A DNA stretch of 64,000 nucleotides from Ginglymostoma cirratum (taxonomy: Eukaryota): positions 4,667,828-4,731,827 of the forward strand of contig JAHRHZ010000002.1 in the NCBI GenBank assembly GCA_024137785.1, given 5' to 3'. This document shows positions 50,230 through 63,360 of this stretch, in pieces (positions within the stretch are counted from its first letter, which is position 1; each line of letters starts with the position of its first letter). The notes beneath the pieces were generated by a model. It was not told the origin of the DNA. It worked only from the letters and a program-made list of their open reading frames with translations, and ran no database searches. Both the position numbers and the translations under genes were made by a program.

Positions 50230-50340
50230 TCCTAGTGATTGGCGTCACTAGCGCCCAATCAACTGTTGTGCTATCTTTATACAGTTTATCCACACCATAT
50301 ATGCCAATCGCAATTACTAGCCAATCAGAATGGCCAGCGA
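50230..50340. promoter_or_regulatory. CCAAT-cluster/CRE promoter, probably for ZF-A
   Basis: GATTGGCGTCA (CCAAT plus CRE half-site) followed by three CCAATC motifs within about 100 bp. Locally CpG-enriched. Minus-strand donor T|GTAAGT at 49788-49789, about 7 kb upstream of the ZF-A coding exon. Confidence 0.55.
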
Positions 50341-50986
50341 GTGAGAATTTTGATAACCGTGCAATATATATTACAACGTTAAAATAACAGAACGTATAAT
50401 CGAGGTGAAACCGTTCAGGCAGAATGTTGTTTTTTCCAAAAAAGAGCTGCATCTTGTTTGCTGCGTTCGTGTCAACTGCAGCTCTATTGGAGCCTTGTTT
50501 CTAAATGCGAGGTTGTGCGTTCCCATCTTAATCCGAAGACTGTTTAAAGGGAGTGATGCACAAGAGAATGCCACCTTGTAAATGAGATACGAGGTGCAGT
50601 TTGTCCGCTCGGGTGGATATGACAAAAAAAAATCCCTGTGCAACATTCGAAGGACAATGACTTGTTCTCTGTTTTCCGGCAATTATTTATCGCTCAATCA
50701 GCCGCACTTAAACTGATTCAAAAACAAAGCTGCTGGAAAAGCTCAGCAGGTCTGGCACCATCTGTGGAGGAGAAAACAGAGCTAACGTTTTACGAAATGT
50801 TAAGAGATAAAAAGGTACTGCAGATGCTGGAGAATCCGAGATAACAAGCATGGGGCTGGATGAACACAGCAGGTCAAGCAGCATCATAGGAGCAGGAAAA
50901 CTTGACGTTTCGGGCCTAAACCCTTCATCAGAAATGGGGGAGGGGAAGAGGGTTCTGAAATAAATAGTGAGAGAGGGGGAGGTGGA

Positions 50987-51386
50987 NNNNNNNNNNNNNN
51001 NNNNNNNNNNNNNNNNNNNNNNNNNNNNNNNNNNNNNNNNNNNNNNNNNNNNNNNNNNNNNNNNNNNNNNNNNNNNNNNNNNNNNNNNNNNNNNNNNNNN
51101 NNNNNNNNNNNNNNNNNNNNNNNNNNNNNNNNNNNNNNNNNNNNNNNNNNNNNNNNNNNNNNNNNNNNNNNNNNNNNNNNNNNNNNNNNNNNNNNNNNNN
51201 NNNNNNNNNNNNNNNNNNNNNNNNNNNNNNNNNNNNNNNNNNNNNNNNNNNNNNNNNNNNNNNNNNNNNNNNNNNNNNNNNNNNNNNNNNNNNNNNNNNN
51301 NNNNNNNNNNNNNNNNNNNNNNNNNNNNNNNNNNNNNNNNNNNNNNNNNNNNNNNNNNNNNNNNNNNNNNNNNNNNNNNNNNNNNN
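50987..51386. other. Assembly gap (400 N) flanked by Penelope-derived repeats
   Basis: Run of N; repeat sequence on both sides, partly inverted. Confidence 0.99.
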
Positions 51387-53439
51387 TGCCAGACCTGCTG
51401 AGCTTTTCCAGCAGCTTTGTTTTTGTTCCGGATTTACAGCATCCGCAGTCCTTTTGGTTTTTATTTAGCACTTAAACAGATTATCTGGCCATTTCTTCAT
51501 CACCGACTGCGGAACCGGTCCCAATACCCCGGGAATCTGAAACACCTCATCCTGTACTGTCCCGCCAGTTATGCGTTGGGACTAGATTAATTTAGGATAT
51601 CCCGTTGGCATGAACGAGTTGGACCGAAGGGTGTGTTTCCGTGCTGTATGACTGACTCAATGTGCTGCCAATCCAATAAATACATGGGGGTAAGTGGGGT
51701 GGTGGTGGGCGCCAGGCTTGTATCCACAGCCCATTTAGACGCTGTAGCCTATTCTGCCACTCAATTAGATGATGTTAGTTATGTGACCTAACTCCAAATA
51801 TCCGTCTTTGATTCATAGTTCTTTATCTTTGGTTAACATATCTTTCTGTCTCAGTTTTAAAATTTGCAATTGATCTGGGATTCAAATCACTATAGGTTTT
51901 TGCATTTAGAAATGCTTCCCAATTTCACTCTGAAAGCTCATGTTCTAATTTTTAGAGCTTGTCTTCTAGTTCTTGAGCCAGTGCAGATTCTTTTTCTTTA
52001 ATTCTGAGTATCATACCTTAGGAAGTATATATTGACCTTGGAGGGAGAGCATGCAGATTTATTAGAATGACTCCTGGACTCCAAATTTTAATTTAAGAGG
52101 GGAGACTGAAACAAACTAATGTTGTATATCATGAAATTTAAAAGATTACAAGGCAGTTTGATCAAGGTTTTCAAGTTCAGGGAAGTGGATAGGGTAGAAA
52201 TATTGAAGAAAATCTGAAACCAGGCTCCAGAAGAAGACTTTAGGACAAAAATCCAAAAGAAAAAGGATCTATGATTCTATGAAAAAGTGAAAGTGTTTGG
52301 TTTCAAGGACAAGAGAAACATACCCATCTGGAGGCATTTAAGGAGGGAATTCCAGAACTTCAGACCCAGGTAGTTGAAGGCACAGTGGTGGGAGTGATAA
52401 AAGACCAGAATCAGAGGAATAGAGAGATTTCAGGACAGGCAGAAGAAGCTCCAGAGATGCGGATGAGATAAGACCATGGAATGATTTAGAAATAAGAGCG
52501 ACAGTTTTAAAGCAGAGGCTTTACCTGACAGGGAGCCAATATAAGTTAACAAACCCAGTATTGATAGGGGAATAAAAACCATAAGGACTGCGGATGCTGT
52601 AAATCAGGAACAAAAACAAACAAACCGGCTGGAAAAGCTCAGCCGGTCTGGCAGTGACTGTGGAGGAGAAAACAGAGTCAACGTTTCGGGTCTGGTGACC
52701 CTTCTTCAGAACTGAGCAGTTCTGAGTTTTCCAGCAACTTTGTTTTTGTTCTTGATAGGGGAATGGCACTTACTATGTGAGTTAAGATACATGCAGCAGT
52801 CTTGGATGAGCTCCAGGTTAAAGTGGAAAGTGAGAGGCCAGCCATGAGAATATTTGAATTGTTGAGTCTAAAGGCAACAAAGGTTGGGATGAATATTTCA
52901 ACATCAGACTTCTTAGCCAGGATTAGAAATGCTGAGGGATTTATTGTTGTACTCCTGTTGGTGACATGCCTAATAGGAAACCTAAGGTTTAATTTTCAAA
53001 TGTACTTTAATGCTGTGATTATTTCAGTTAATATTCATCTGACAATTTGTCTTTGAATTTGAGTGGCCAGTTTTTCCAACCCCATGAAATTCCATTAAAC
53101 ATGTTTTCCAAAATGTAGAATGAGATAAGTTCAACAGGCAAAGTGAAGGGGCGGTAGACAATGATGATGGGGGTCAGTCCAAGAGTCTTAATGAGCTGAA
53201 AAAGTTGCTTGAAATCTGAAATCTCACTGTTTGATATTCCATTAAAGAAAAGGAATGCTACATTTAGGAAGATTGGACATAATTGTGTGAAGGCCCCATT
53301 TCTGAGATGAGACTAGAAGGGGCCTGTTCCCAGTGGGCTTAGTCCCATCTAACATTTTGTTATGTTTTTGACATGTTTAAGCAAGTATAGAGTGTCTCAG
53401 AGCTTAATAAGTCCCACCTTCATTTGAGACTACCCTGAA

Positions 53440-55665
53440 TTGTGTTGTGTGGCACTGTCACTTTGTTAAATGTTAAATGGGACAGACTTCAAACAGATTT
53501 AGTGATTCAAGACTGGACATCCATGAGGCGCTGTGGGCCATCAACAGCCATGATGTGGAGGTGCCGGTGTTGGACTGGAGTTCCTCAGGATAGTGTCCTA
53601 GGCCCAACCATCTTCAATGATTCATCAATGAAAATCTCAAATAAACCTGTTGGACTATAACCTGGTGTCATGTGATTTCTGACCCCATCAACAGCAGGAG
53701 AATTGCACTCCAGCACAATCTGCAACCTCATGCCTGGCATATCCCTCACTCAACCATTATCATCAAGCCAGTGGGTCAACCCTGGTTCAATGGACAAGCC
53801 AGGAGCAGCACCAGACATACCTGAAAATGAGGTGTCAACCTGGTAAAGCTGTCAACCAGGACTACTTGTGTGCTAACCAGCTTAAGCAGCAAATGATAAA
53901 CAGAGCTAAGTGAACCCACAACCAACAGATCAGATTTAAGCTTTGCAGTCCTGGCTCATCAAGCCATGAATGTTGGAGGACAATTAAACAACTCACTGCA
54001 GAAGGAGGCTCCGCAAATATCTCTATCCTCAATGATGGAAGAGCCAAGCACATCAGTGCAAAATACAAAGCTGAAGCATTCACAATAGTCCTCAGCTAGA
54101 AGTGCCAAGTTAATGGTTGGGTCCCAGCTAACATTTGTTAACGGGCATGTCTTTGGGGTGGAGAATCAAGAATAGAATTGTTCCCAGCATCACAGATGCC
54201 AGCCTTCAGCCAACTCAATTCACTCCATGTGATATCAAGAAATAGTTGAAGGCACTGGATACTGGAAAAGCTATGAACCCTGATAACATTCCGGCAATAG
54301 TGCTGAAGACTTATGCTGTAGACTTGCTGCTTCCCTAGCCAAACTGTTCTAGTCCAGTTACAACAATGGCATCTATGGAACAATGTGGAAAATTGTAAAT
54401 CCAACATGAAGAATTAACTGTCCTTTCAGTCTACTCTGGATCGTCAGTAAAATGACGGAAGATGTCGTCAACAGTGCTACCAAGCAGTACCTGCTCAGTG
54501 ATGCCCAGTTTGGATTCTGCCAGGGCCACTCAGCTCCTGACCTCATTATAACCTTGGATCAAACACAAAAGACTGAATTCCAGAGGTGAGGTGAGGTGAG
54601 AGTGACAGCCCTTACCATCAAGGCTGCATTTGACTGAGTGTGGCATCAAGAACCCTAGCAAAATGTGAATCAATGGGTATCAGGCGACAAACTGTCTGCT
54701 GATTGGAGTCATACCTGGCACATTGGAAGATGGTTGTGGTTGTTGGAAGTCAGTCATGTCAGCGCCACGTCTCTGCAGAAGTTCCTCAGGGTCGTGTCCT
54801 TGGCCCAACCATCTTCAACGATTCATCATTGACCTTCTCTCCACCAAAGGTCAGAAGTGGGGATATTTACCAATTATGGCACAATATTCAGCACCAGTCT
54901 TGACTCTTCAGATACTGAAGCAGGCCATGTTCAAATGCAACAAGATCTGGACAATATCTAAGCTTAGAATGACAAGTAGCAAGTAACATTCACGCTACAC
55001 AAGTGCCAGGCAATGACTATTTACAATAAGAGGCAATCTAAGCACTACCTCTGACATTAAATGGTGTTACCAACACTGAACCTCCACTATCAACATCCTG
55101 GGAGTTACCATTGACCAGAAACTCAACTGGACTCGTCATATAAATACAATGGCTAAAAGAGCAGGTCAGTGGCAAATAATTCACCTCCTGACTCCCTAAT
55201 GCCTGACAACCATCTACAAAGGGCAAATGAGGAGTGTGATGGAACTTGTCTGGACGGGTGAAGCTTGACACTATTCAGGACAAAGCAGCTGGCTTTATTG
55301 GCACCACATCCACAAGCACACATTCCCTCCACCACTGACGCTCAGTTGCAGCGGGTGTACTATCTACAAGATGCACTTCAGAAATTCACCAAAGATCCTT
55401 AGGTATCCGATACATGGAGACACATACAAGCTCTCTTCCAAGCGACTCACCATCCTGAGTTGAAGATATATCACCATTCCTTCACTGACACTGGGTCAAA
55501 ATCCTGGAATTCCCTCTCTAATGGCATTGTTGATCCCTCTATAGCACATGAGCTGCAACAGTTCAAGAAGACAGCGCCTCACAACCTTCTCAAGGGCAAC
55601 AAGGGATGGGCAATAAAACCTGGCCTCGCCAGCAATGGTCAGGTCCCACGAGTGAATAATAAAAG
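53440..55665 (+). mobile_element. Second copy of the CR1-group LINE family seen at 9204-12480, retaining the 3' end
   Basis: Colinear with 10400-12470, continuing to SFTDTGSKSWNSL and the tail gggatgggcaataaa...gaataataaaa. Confidence 0.82.
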
Positions 55666-56669
55666 AGAAATGCAAACTGATTGGCTTTTGCTAATGTGGA
55701 TTTAAAGAGGTTTCCTAATATATCTGTTCAGCAATGTTATTCCTGACCTCTAAGGCAAGTCATACTTGAATCCAGGCATTCTGGTCTAGAGGTAAGGTAT
55801 GGATTTATAAAGGGTAGCTCATGTCTAATGAGTTTCATTAGTTGTTCCCTCAAATGATTCAAAGTAGTTGACATGGAAATGTAGATTGCCATGGATTATA
55901 TGGACTTTCAGAAGGTATTCAGTAAATTTCCATGTTGATATTCTTAGCTAAAATTGAAGTCGGTGGAATTAAAGGCAAATTATTAACTTGGTTTTGGTAG
56001 GAAACCAGAGAGGTGTGGTATGAGATGAGGACTCACTAAGGAAGTGACTAGTGAACAATAATCTGGTCGGATTAGTATCACTGGTATATTTTAAAGTTCC
56101 ACATTGCTGCCATTCTGCTACTCCCATAGGCTGTGATAAAATTTTGGGAAACACATAAATATAGAAATAAATTATGGCTTTGTAAAGAAGAAGGTTATGA
56201 TTTTTAAAATTTATTTTCTTTGCACAGTAAGTTATGTAAAATTCTACCTGTAAGTAGGTACGTCATGATTATATTCAACAAATTAGAAAATTATTTATTA
56301 AAAAATTTTTGACACTCTAACACTCACAGAAACTGAAGAACAATGTCTACAGACTATTCCGACCTAAAATCAGTGATAAGAAAAATGTTTCCTTCGTTTC
56401 TTCTTCCTAGGCACGTTAAAAAAAGATCATTCTCAAAAACAAAACTATAGAGTTGGAAAATATCCCAATAATCTTTGGCAGTAAGACTGCAGGATGCACA
56501 TTATTCATGATGATTCAGGATGGAGTTGGGCTGCAGGCCACCATAAGTAAGTGACTGAATATAGCAAGGTTGTCTGGTTTTAAGGGCTGCCCCTGTTCCA
56601 TGGGACTTTGTCTCAGTGTTTTAGGCCCCGGAGCCCTCAGCTCTCAAATCCCTATCCACACTCCAAGGC

Positions 56670-59600
56670 AGTCATAGAATCATCCAACATGGAACCAGAC
56701 CCTTCAGTCCAACCTGTCCACGCCGACCATAATCCCAAACTAAACTAATCCCACCTACCTGCAATTGGCTCATATCACGCTAAACATTTCTTATTAATGT
56801 ACTTATCCAAATGTCTTTTAAACATTGTAACTGTACCCACATCCACCACTTCCTCTGGAAGTTCATTCCACACACAAACCACTCTCTGTGTAAAAAAGCA
56901 ACATTTTGTAAAATAAAAAATTTTCTGAAGAAGGGTCTAGGCCCGAAACGTCAGCCTTCCTGCTCCTCTGATGCTGCTTGGCCTGCTGTGTTCATCCAGC
57001 TCTACACCTTGTTATCTCAAATTGCCCCTCATGTCTTTTTTAAATTTCTCTCTGCTCACCTTAAAAATATGCTCCTTTTTCTTGAAATCCCCCACCCTAG
57101 GGAAAAGATATCTGCCATTCACCTTATCTATACCCCTCATGATTTTATAAGCTTCTGTAAGGTCATCCCTCAAAATCCTAAGCACCAGTGAAAAAAGTCC
57201 CAACCTATCCAGCCTCTCCCTATAACTCAAACCCTTACAAGTCGATAATGTACTGCACATGACACTACTTAATAAGAACCCAAAGTATTCGGGGTAGTAT
57301 ATTAACATAGATAGAAGCTTGGCCAGTGAACAGAAGCTTGTTTAATGGAAAGAAGATTGACTAACTAATTGAAGGGAGAGAGTTGAGATAAAGGGGATAT
57401 CTGTAACCAGTGGAGTAACTAAATTATGGCTTTGTGCATGAATCAGAAAAAGCTAGCATTCAAGTTCAGCAGGTAATAGGGAAATGCAATATTGGCCTTT
57501 ATTTCAAAGGGAATGGATTATAAGAATAGAAGTCTTGCTGAAACTATACATGGCACTAGTCAGAATACATCTCGAATATTGCGAACAGATTTGGTTCCCT
57601 TCTTGAGGGAATGTATTGGCAGTCAGAAAAGGTTCAGAGTTGTTCCCAGGTATGGAGTGATTATCTTATAAGCCAAGCCTGGATTGCTTTGGCCAATATT
57701 CATCAGAGTTTAGAAGACTGAGCGATGACCCTACTGAAACATATAATATTCTGAGCAAGCTTGGTAGGGTTGATGTGGAGAGGTTGTTTCCCCTTGATAG
57801 ACTTCTGCTCTCATACTCTCACCATCTCCCCTAAACGAGGTTGCTCATTTCAGACAGTGGTGAGGAGGAATCTCTTCTCTCAGATGGGGGTGAATGTGGA
57901 ATTCTTTACTGCAAAGAGCTGTTGATCTGGGTCATTAAGAGTATTCAAGGTTGAAATAAACAGATTTTTAATCTGTAATGGAATCAAAGGGTAAGAAGGA
58001 AAGACATTGGGGATTAGCCACAATCTCATTGAATGGTTCATGAAGGGCCAAATAGCCTTCTTCTGTTTCCGCATCTAACGGTCTCATGGACAGTGATCTA
58101 GGTATGTGAAAAAACAAATAATCTGAGGTATGTAGGTTCACAAAGATCCAAAGCTCTAGCAGCTGATGAGGTGGAGCTGAAGAAGACTTGAAACAATGTT
58201 TAAAATAGCCAGAATCATCAATGTTTGATAGTCCTAGAGATATACAGCACAGAAACAGACCCTTCAGTCCAACTCGTCCATGCTGACTAGATTACCCAAA
58301 TTAATCGAGTCCCAATTGCCAGCATTTTGCCCATATCCCTCTCAACATACCCATCCAGATGTCTTTTAAATGTTGTAATTATACCAGACTCCACCACTTC
58401 CTCTGGCAGCTCATTCTGTACATGTGCCACCCTCTGCATGAAAAAGTTGCCCCTTATGCCCTTTTAGATCTTTCCCCGCTCACCTTAAACTTATGCCCTC
58501 TTGTTTCGGACTCCCCAACCTTCGGAAAAAGACCTTGGCTATTCAACCTATCCATGTCCCTAATGATTTTATAAACCTCTATAAAGGTCACCCCCTTAGC
58601 CTCTGATGCACCAGGGAAAATAGGCACAGCCTGTTTAGCCTTTCCCTATAGCTCAAACCTTCCAACCCTGGCAACATTCTTGTAAATCTTTTCTGAACTC
58701 TTTCACGTTTAATACGTCTTTCCTATAGCAGGGAGACCAGAATTCCAAAAGTGGCCTAATCAATGTCCTGTACAGCTACAATATAACCTCCCTACTCCTA
58801 TACACAATGCACTGACCAATAAAGACAAGCGTACCAAATTCACTATCCTGTCTATTTATGTTGAAAAATAAGAAAGCAAAGGTGCAAGAAGATTGTCAAA
58901 GGAGAGAGGAAGAAAGCATTACAGCTGGCTCACAAAATTTACACAGTCGTGGGTAAAATATTGGGAATTTTATCAAAAAGAATAGGAGTTGCTGCAATAC
59001 AAAGTATTGAAGCATTGACTTGAGATAAATACTACAGGAAATACTACAGGAAGAAAAAGCTGAGACAAAGGTTGACAAGACGGGTCAATAGTAGCATGAA
59101 TCTAACTAGAAGTGTAGACAATTTTTGGGTTGGTAAGGACATTTGTACTGGAAGTGATTCCCATTGGCAAGAATCTGGAATTAATTTTCTGAAACCCAAC
59201 TGAGTTTAAAATTTTCAGTCAGACAATATTGGAGATTTTATTCAAACAAAATATGGTGAGTGGAACAAAGCTGTCCAGAAAGAAATGACATAGATCACTC
59301 TTGAATGGTAAATTATTATGGCTGTTTCTTTTTATCAGTTTGGGCATGTATAGAATGAATAGCCAAGGTGTTTTTCCCAAGGTAGGAGAGTCCAAAACTA
59401 GAGGGCATAGGTTTAAGCTGAGAGGGGAAAGATTTAAAAAAGGACCTAAGGGGCAAGAGGGTGGTGCGTGTATGGAATGAGCTGCCAGAGGAGGTGGTGG
59501 TGTTATGTATAATTACAACATTTAAAAGGCATCTGGATCCGTATATGAATAGGAAGGGTTTAGAGGGACATGGGCCAAATGCTGGCAAATAGGATTAGGT

Positions 59601-59680
59601 CAGTTTAGTGTATCTGATTGGCGCAGGTGAATTGCCCGGAAGGGTCTGTTTCAGTGCTGTATAACTATATAACTCGATGA
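56670..59680. mobile_element. Cluster of CR1-type LINE 3' fragments (56670-57240 -, 57400-58080 +, 58230-58860 -, 59340-59680 +) with a nested hammerhead repeat at 56925-56952
   Basis: ERLDRLGLFSL, YKIMRGIDKV and TRGHRFK motifs. Confidence 0.8.
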
Positions 59681-61084
59681 CTGACTGAGTGTGGTTGGGA
59701 CAGAGGAGCTGTCCACCTCCAACATGTAGCTAGTGAGGTTGGAAATGCAAGGTTTGTACTTGGTACCCACACAGTGCCAGCAAAAATTGGGCACGCAGGA
59801 AGTGGGTGTGAGAATGCTGTAAACAGATCCCGCCTGCCATTTTTAAATTACTCAAGTTGTTCCAAATCTGCAGAAATCGAACATATCAAGCATGAAAATA
59901 TAAATTGTAAAAAATAAGGAAAGCTCTGATATAAAGATAATAATGATGCAAGTCACACAATTTGAAAGTTGTGTGGGGAAAAAAAAATATCCAGAGTACA
60001 AAATACATCATGAGGGCTCTAATGGTGCAGTAGTAGTGTCCCTGCCTCTGAGCAAGACAGTCTGGGTTCAAGTCCTATCTGTATCATAACATGTTGATTT
60101 AAAATGACTATTCAAAAGTCATAATTTAATAACTACAATTAGGTTTTCAGCTGCACTATTAGTTACAAATGGTTACCCTATTGCATCATAATTAAAAGCA
60201 TTGATCACATGTTTCCCACAATTAATAATGTAGTTAGCTGCAAATCACTTCGGAATTGACCTTTTCTCCAGACTCTTTATTCACGCTAGTGGCAATGAGA
60301 CATGTCCCTTGGGCAGACTCACACCCATTGCTAACTGAAAGTGATAGGTTGAGAGCAGCGGCTAGCAAGGTGCAACAGAAACAATGACAATTTATTGAAT
60401 TACTGTAGTTGACAACAGAAAACATAAGTGATGCTTAGTGTATGTTCCTTGTTTTGATATGTAAAAAGCAGCATGCTAACAGACCACTTAATTTAGGCTA
60501 AAGCTATATATCAAATTTATTGCAAGGTATAAATTTATGTACAAGTCAGTAGACAAACAACAACAGTTCTTGTAGCACAGTGGTAGTGTTCCTACCCTGG
60601 GGCTGGATGGTCTGGGTTCAAGTCCCATCTCAGGATGTGATAGCCACAAAGGTGACACAACCAGTCCAAACAGGTTGATTTACTGACATCAATGTTTAAA
60701 CTATTTTCTAAACCAAGATATTTAAAAGTTCTTGGGGAGTATTCCTCCCATCTTTCACAGAATTCTAAATGACTGGTCCTAATATGTCCAAGATGTTTCC
60801 TGGGTCATGGTTGTATCAATATTAGGTTGAGCTAAGTGAACTTGAGACAGTCCCCTAGAAATGTATTATGTTAATTTTGTTTGCAGTAAAGGGCCAGTTT
60901 CCCTGAAGGTCGCCCTCATCCATATTTGATCATTGATGGTAATGTTCAACAAACAATATTCTCAGGAGATGAGGCATCCAATGGAGAGATAGTTGCATTT
61001 CTACCCCCCCCTCCACCCCCCACCATTGGTAAACTTGCAATAGACTTCTTGAAGTTAAACAAATGTAACATGGTTGGCATTCAT

Positions 61085-61270
61085 TCATGGATCATTGCCT
61101 GCTGACTTTGAACAGTTATCTTGGCAACTTTCCATTGCTGGTTTGCCACTGCCATCCATTCTCAGGTGCAAGCCAAGAAGACAGGTCCTAAGACTATCTT
61201 GGCTGGAATGGAAACTAAACCCATTGTTAGCATTACTGGGAACCCTCTGGCCAACTGAGCGAGCCAGCCC
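61085..61270 (-). mobile_element. tRNA-headed SINE with an RTE-like tail
   Basis: Head GGCTGGCTCGCTCAGTTGG; tail GGCAGTGGCAAACCA..TTGCCAAGATAAC resembles the RTE/BovB-type terminal motif. Confidence 0.45.
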
Positions 61271-62184
61271 CATTTATAGTTTCAGTATCACAAGCAAATT
61301 AGGAATCCTTTCTGAATCCGAATGCTCACTGCAACACAATTGACGGAAATTGTTTGTGTTCAAACATTAACAGATAAAATTGAATTCATCTGAACAGAAA
61401 GCTGAACAGAAAACAAAGCTGAAAAAAATCTTTAAAATTCTGTGTGATAATTCTGCTACAAATGTAAACTAGTAAATGTAATATGGAAATACTTCACAGT
61501 ATTCAATAGGGTGGAGAGCATTTCGGTATAACTTTGCCATTCAAATGCCCAGTGGTCAGACAGATATTATTTCTGTGGTCAAATCAAGATTTAAGGTTGA
61601 AAGCAAAAATTGCTGCAGACTTTAAGCGGAAAACTAGATAAAGAATGTCTTCTTAAGGAAGTTATATTGTGGAATTTGCTTAAGAAACGTGAAAGAAAAG
61701 TAATTGATGAAGTTTGCAAGTTTGTTGAAGGAACTCCGAACCTCTGTAGCACATATTCGAGATTCAGGTTATCTAGAATTTTCTAAGGGTCAGAAGTTAT
61801 GTGACTAATGATGACAGATGAGTGGAAGAAAGTAGGTAACTCTGGGTGTGTAGTCTGTTTATAAGTCCTAGCCTAAATAATCTTCACATTCCCCTGCAGA
61901 GAGTGGGTATATCAATGTATTGCAAGAGAGCAGATGACAAAACAATTCTGGTAGATGTCATGCTGGAGTTGAAGGTGATAGAATCTCACAGCATTGGATC
62001 TTTACCAGCTTTGTAAAAGAGACATTTTCTGCGCTCCTTCCCCACAAATCTCCAAATCTTCAGCTTGCAAGTACACATCCAATTTCTTTTGGAAGTTATC
62101 AATGAACATGCTTCTCTGCCTTTTTATGCAGTACATTCCAGGTCATCGCATCAAGTATTCTTCCACTTACTGATTGAAGAATTT

Positions 62185-62781
62185 CTATGCAGTGTGAATG
62201 TGTCTGTGTATTTCTAGAGAGGAGGAGTAGGTGAAACAGCTCTGACAGAAATCACACTGAAAATGTCTATCACCCTTATGGGTGAGCTGGTGTTTCAGAA
62301 GGTCTGGAAACTGGGTGAAACCTTTGTTGCAAAATTCACACTTGAACGGCTTGTCACCTGCCGGAATGCACTGATGTCTCAGGAAGTAGGATGAACTCAA
62401 GAAAGCTTTGTCACAAACCTCACACCTGAATGGTCTCTCCCCTGTGTGGATGCGCTGGTGTACCACAAGGTACGATGAGCTACAGAAATCTTTGTCACAA
62501 AACTTACACTTGAATGGTTTCTCACCCGTGTGGATACGCCAGTGTTGCAGCAGTGTGGATGCTTGTGCGAAGGCCTTTTCACAAGCCTTGCATTGGAACG
62601 GCCTTTTCCCTGTGTGGACGTACCGATGTTTCACAAGACTCGATGAATGACTGAAAGCCTTATCACACACCTCACACTTGAACAGCCTTTCCCCAGTGTG
62701 CATGCGGAGATGGCTCACCAGCTCTGTTGACTGCTCAAAGGTCCACCCGCACATGTCACACATGTATGGTTTCTTTCCCAT
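62185..62781 (-). CDS. C2H2 zinc-finger protein, 7 fingers, paralogue of ZF-A (ZF-B)
   Basis: 198-aa ORF with an in-frame stop just upstream of the ATG and acceptor ttttgtttttattttacag| (exon starts 62957). It shares AQASTLLQHWRIH, YLVVHQRIH and FTYSSSLEIH with ZF-A. Confidence 0.88.
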   Translation of the reverse strand: MGKKPYMCDMCGWTFEQSTELVSHLRMHTGERLFKCEVCDKAFSHSSSLVKHRYVHTGKRPFQCKACEKAFAQASTLLQHWRIHTGEKPFKCKFCDKDFCSSSYLVVHQRIHTGERPFRCEVCDKAFLSSSYFLRHQCIPAGDKPFKCEFCNKGFTQFPDLLKHQLTHKGDRHFQCDFCQSCFTYSSSLEIHRHIHTA

Positions 62782-63360
62782 GTAGATGCCCTTAAGTTAC
62801 AGGACACACTAGATTAAGGCTTTGCCAAAATCTCACCCCTGGAGTAGACTTGCAGAAGCCTTTATCCTGAAGCCATTTCTTTGATAAGGAGTAGGATATA
62901 CCCGTGCCATTGTCTTCTCCCTGTATTACCAATAAGATTTAATCCAATTTGTTCTTCCTGTAAAATAAAAACAAAATGTTACATGTCTCCCCAGTTCTTT
63001 CCATTCTCTGTTGAACACCTGGCTTTTCCCAGGAAGCTCTGGGTTTGTGGAAAATCCAAGTCAAGTCTTATGCTACCCTTACCTAAATTTGTTCTTTCCA
63101 GCAAAGTGCTACAGTGTAGTCATCAGAAGTGAGCTATGCAACTCGTTTCATTCCCTTCTCTCTGCAGACCAAGAGCTCTGATGATCCTGAGTGAATGAAT
63201 GATACTTAGTCTGTCATGAGGCTGTTATGAAAATGAATGGGTATTAACATGGATAGGTAGGACAACTCAATATAAAACCACAAGTCAAATCCTTTCCTGT
63301 ACAAAATATGTTTTGGCTGCATTTGGAATATTGTGTCAGTGTCCAAGAAACAGCAAAAGA

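Noticed and set aside
50884-51471. ORFs spanning X residues
   Set aside because: Produced by the N gap plus repeat sequence.
60012-60630. tRNA-like sequences (60012-60080, 60570-60630, and all SINE heads)
   Set aside because: A/B boxes are present but there is no intact cloverleaf; these are SINE heads, not tRNA genes.
60750-61080. Possible ERV/Gypsy integrase fragment (VNLQIDFL)
   Set aside because: Only one short motif; too weak to list as a feature.
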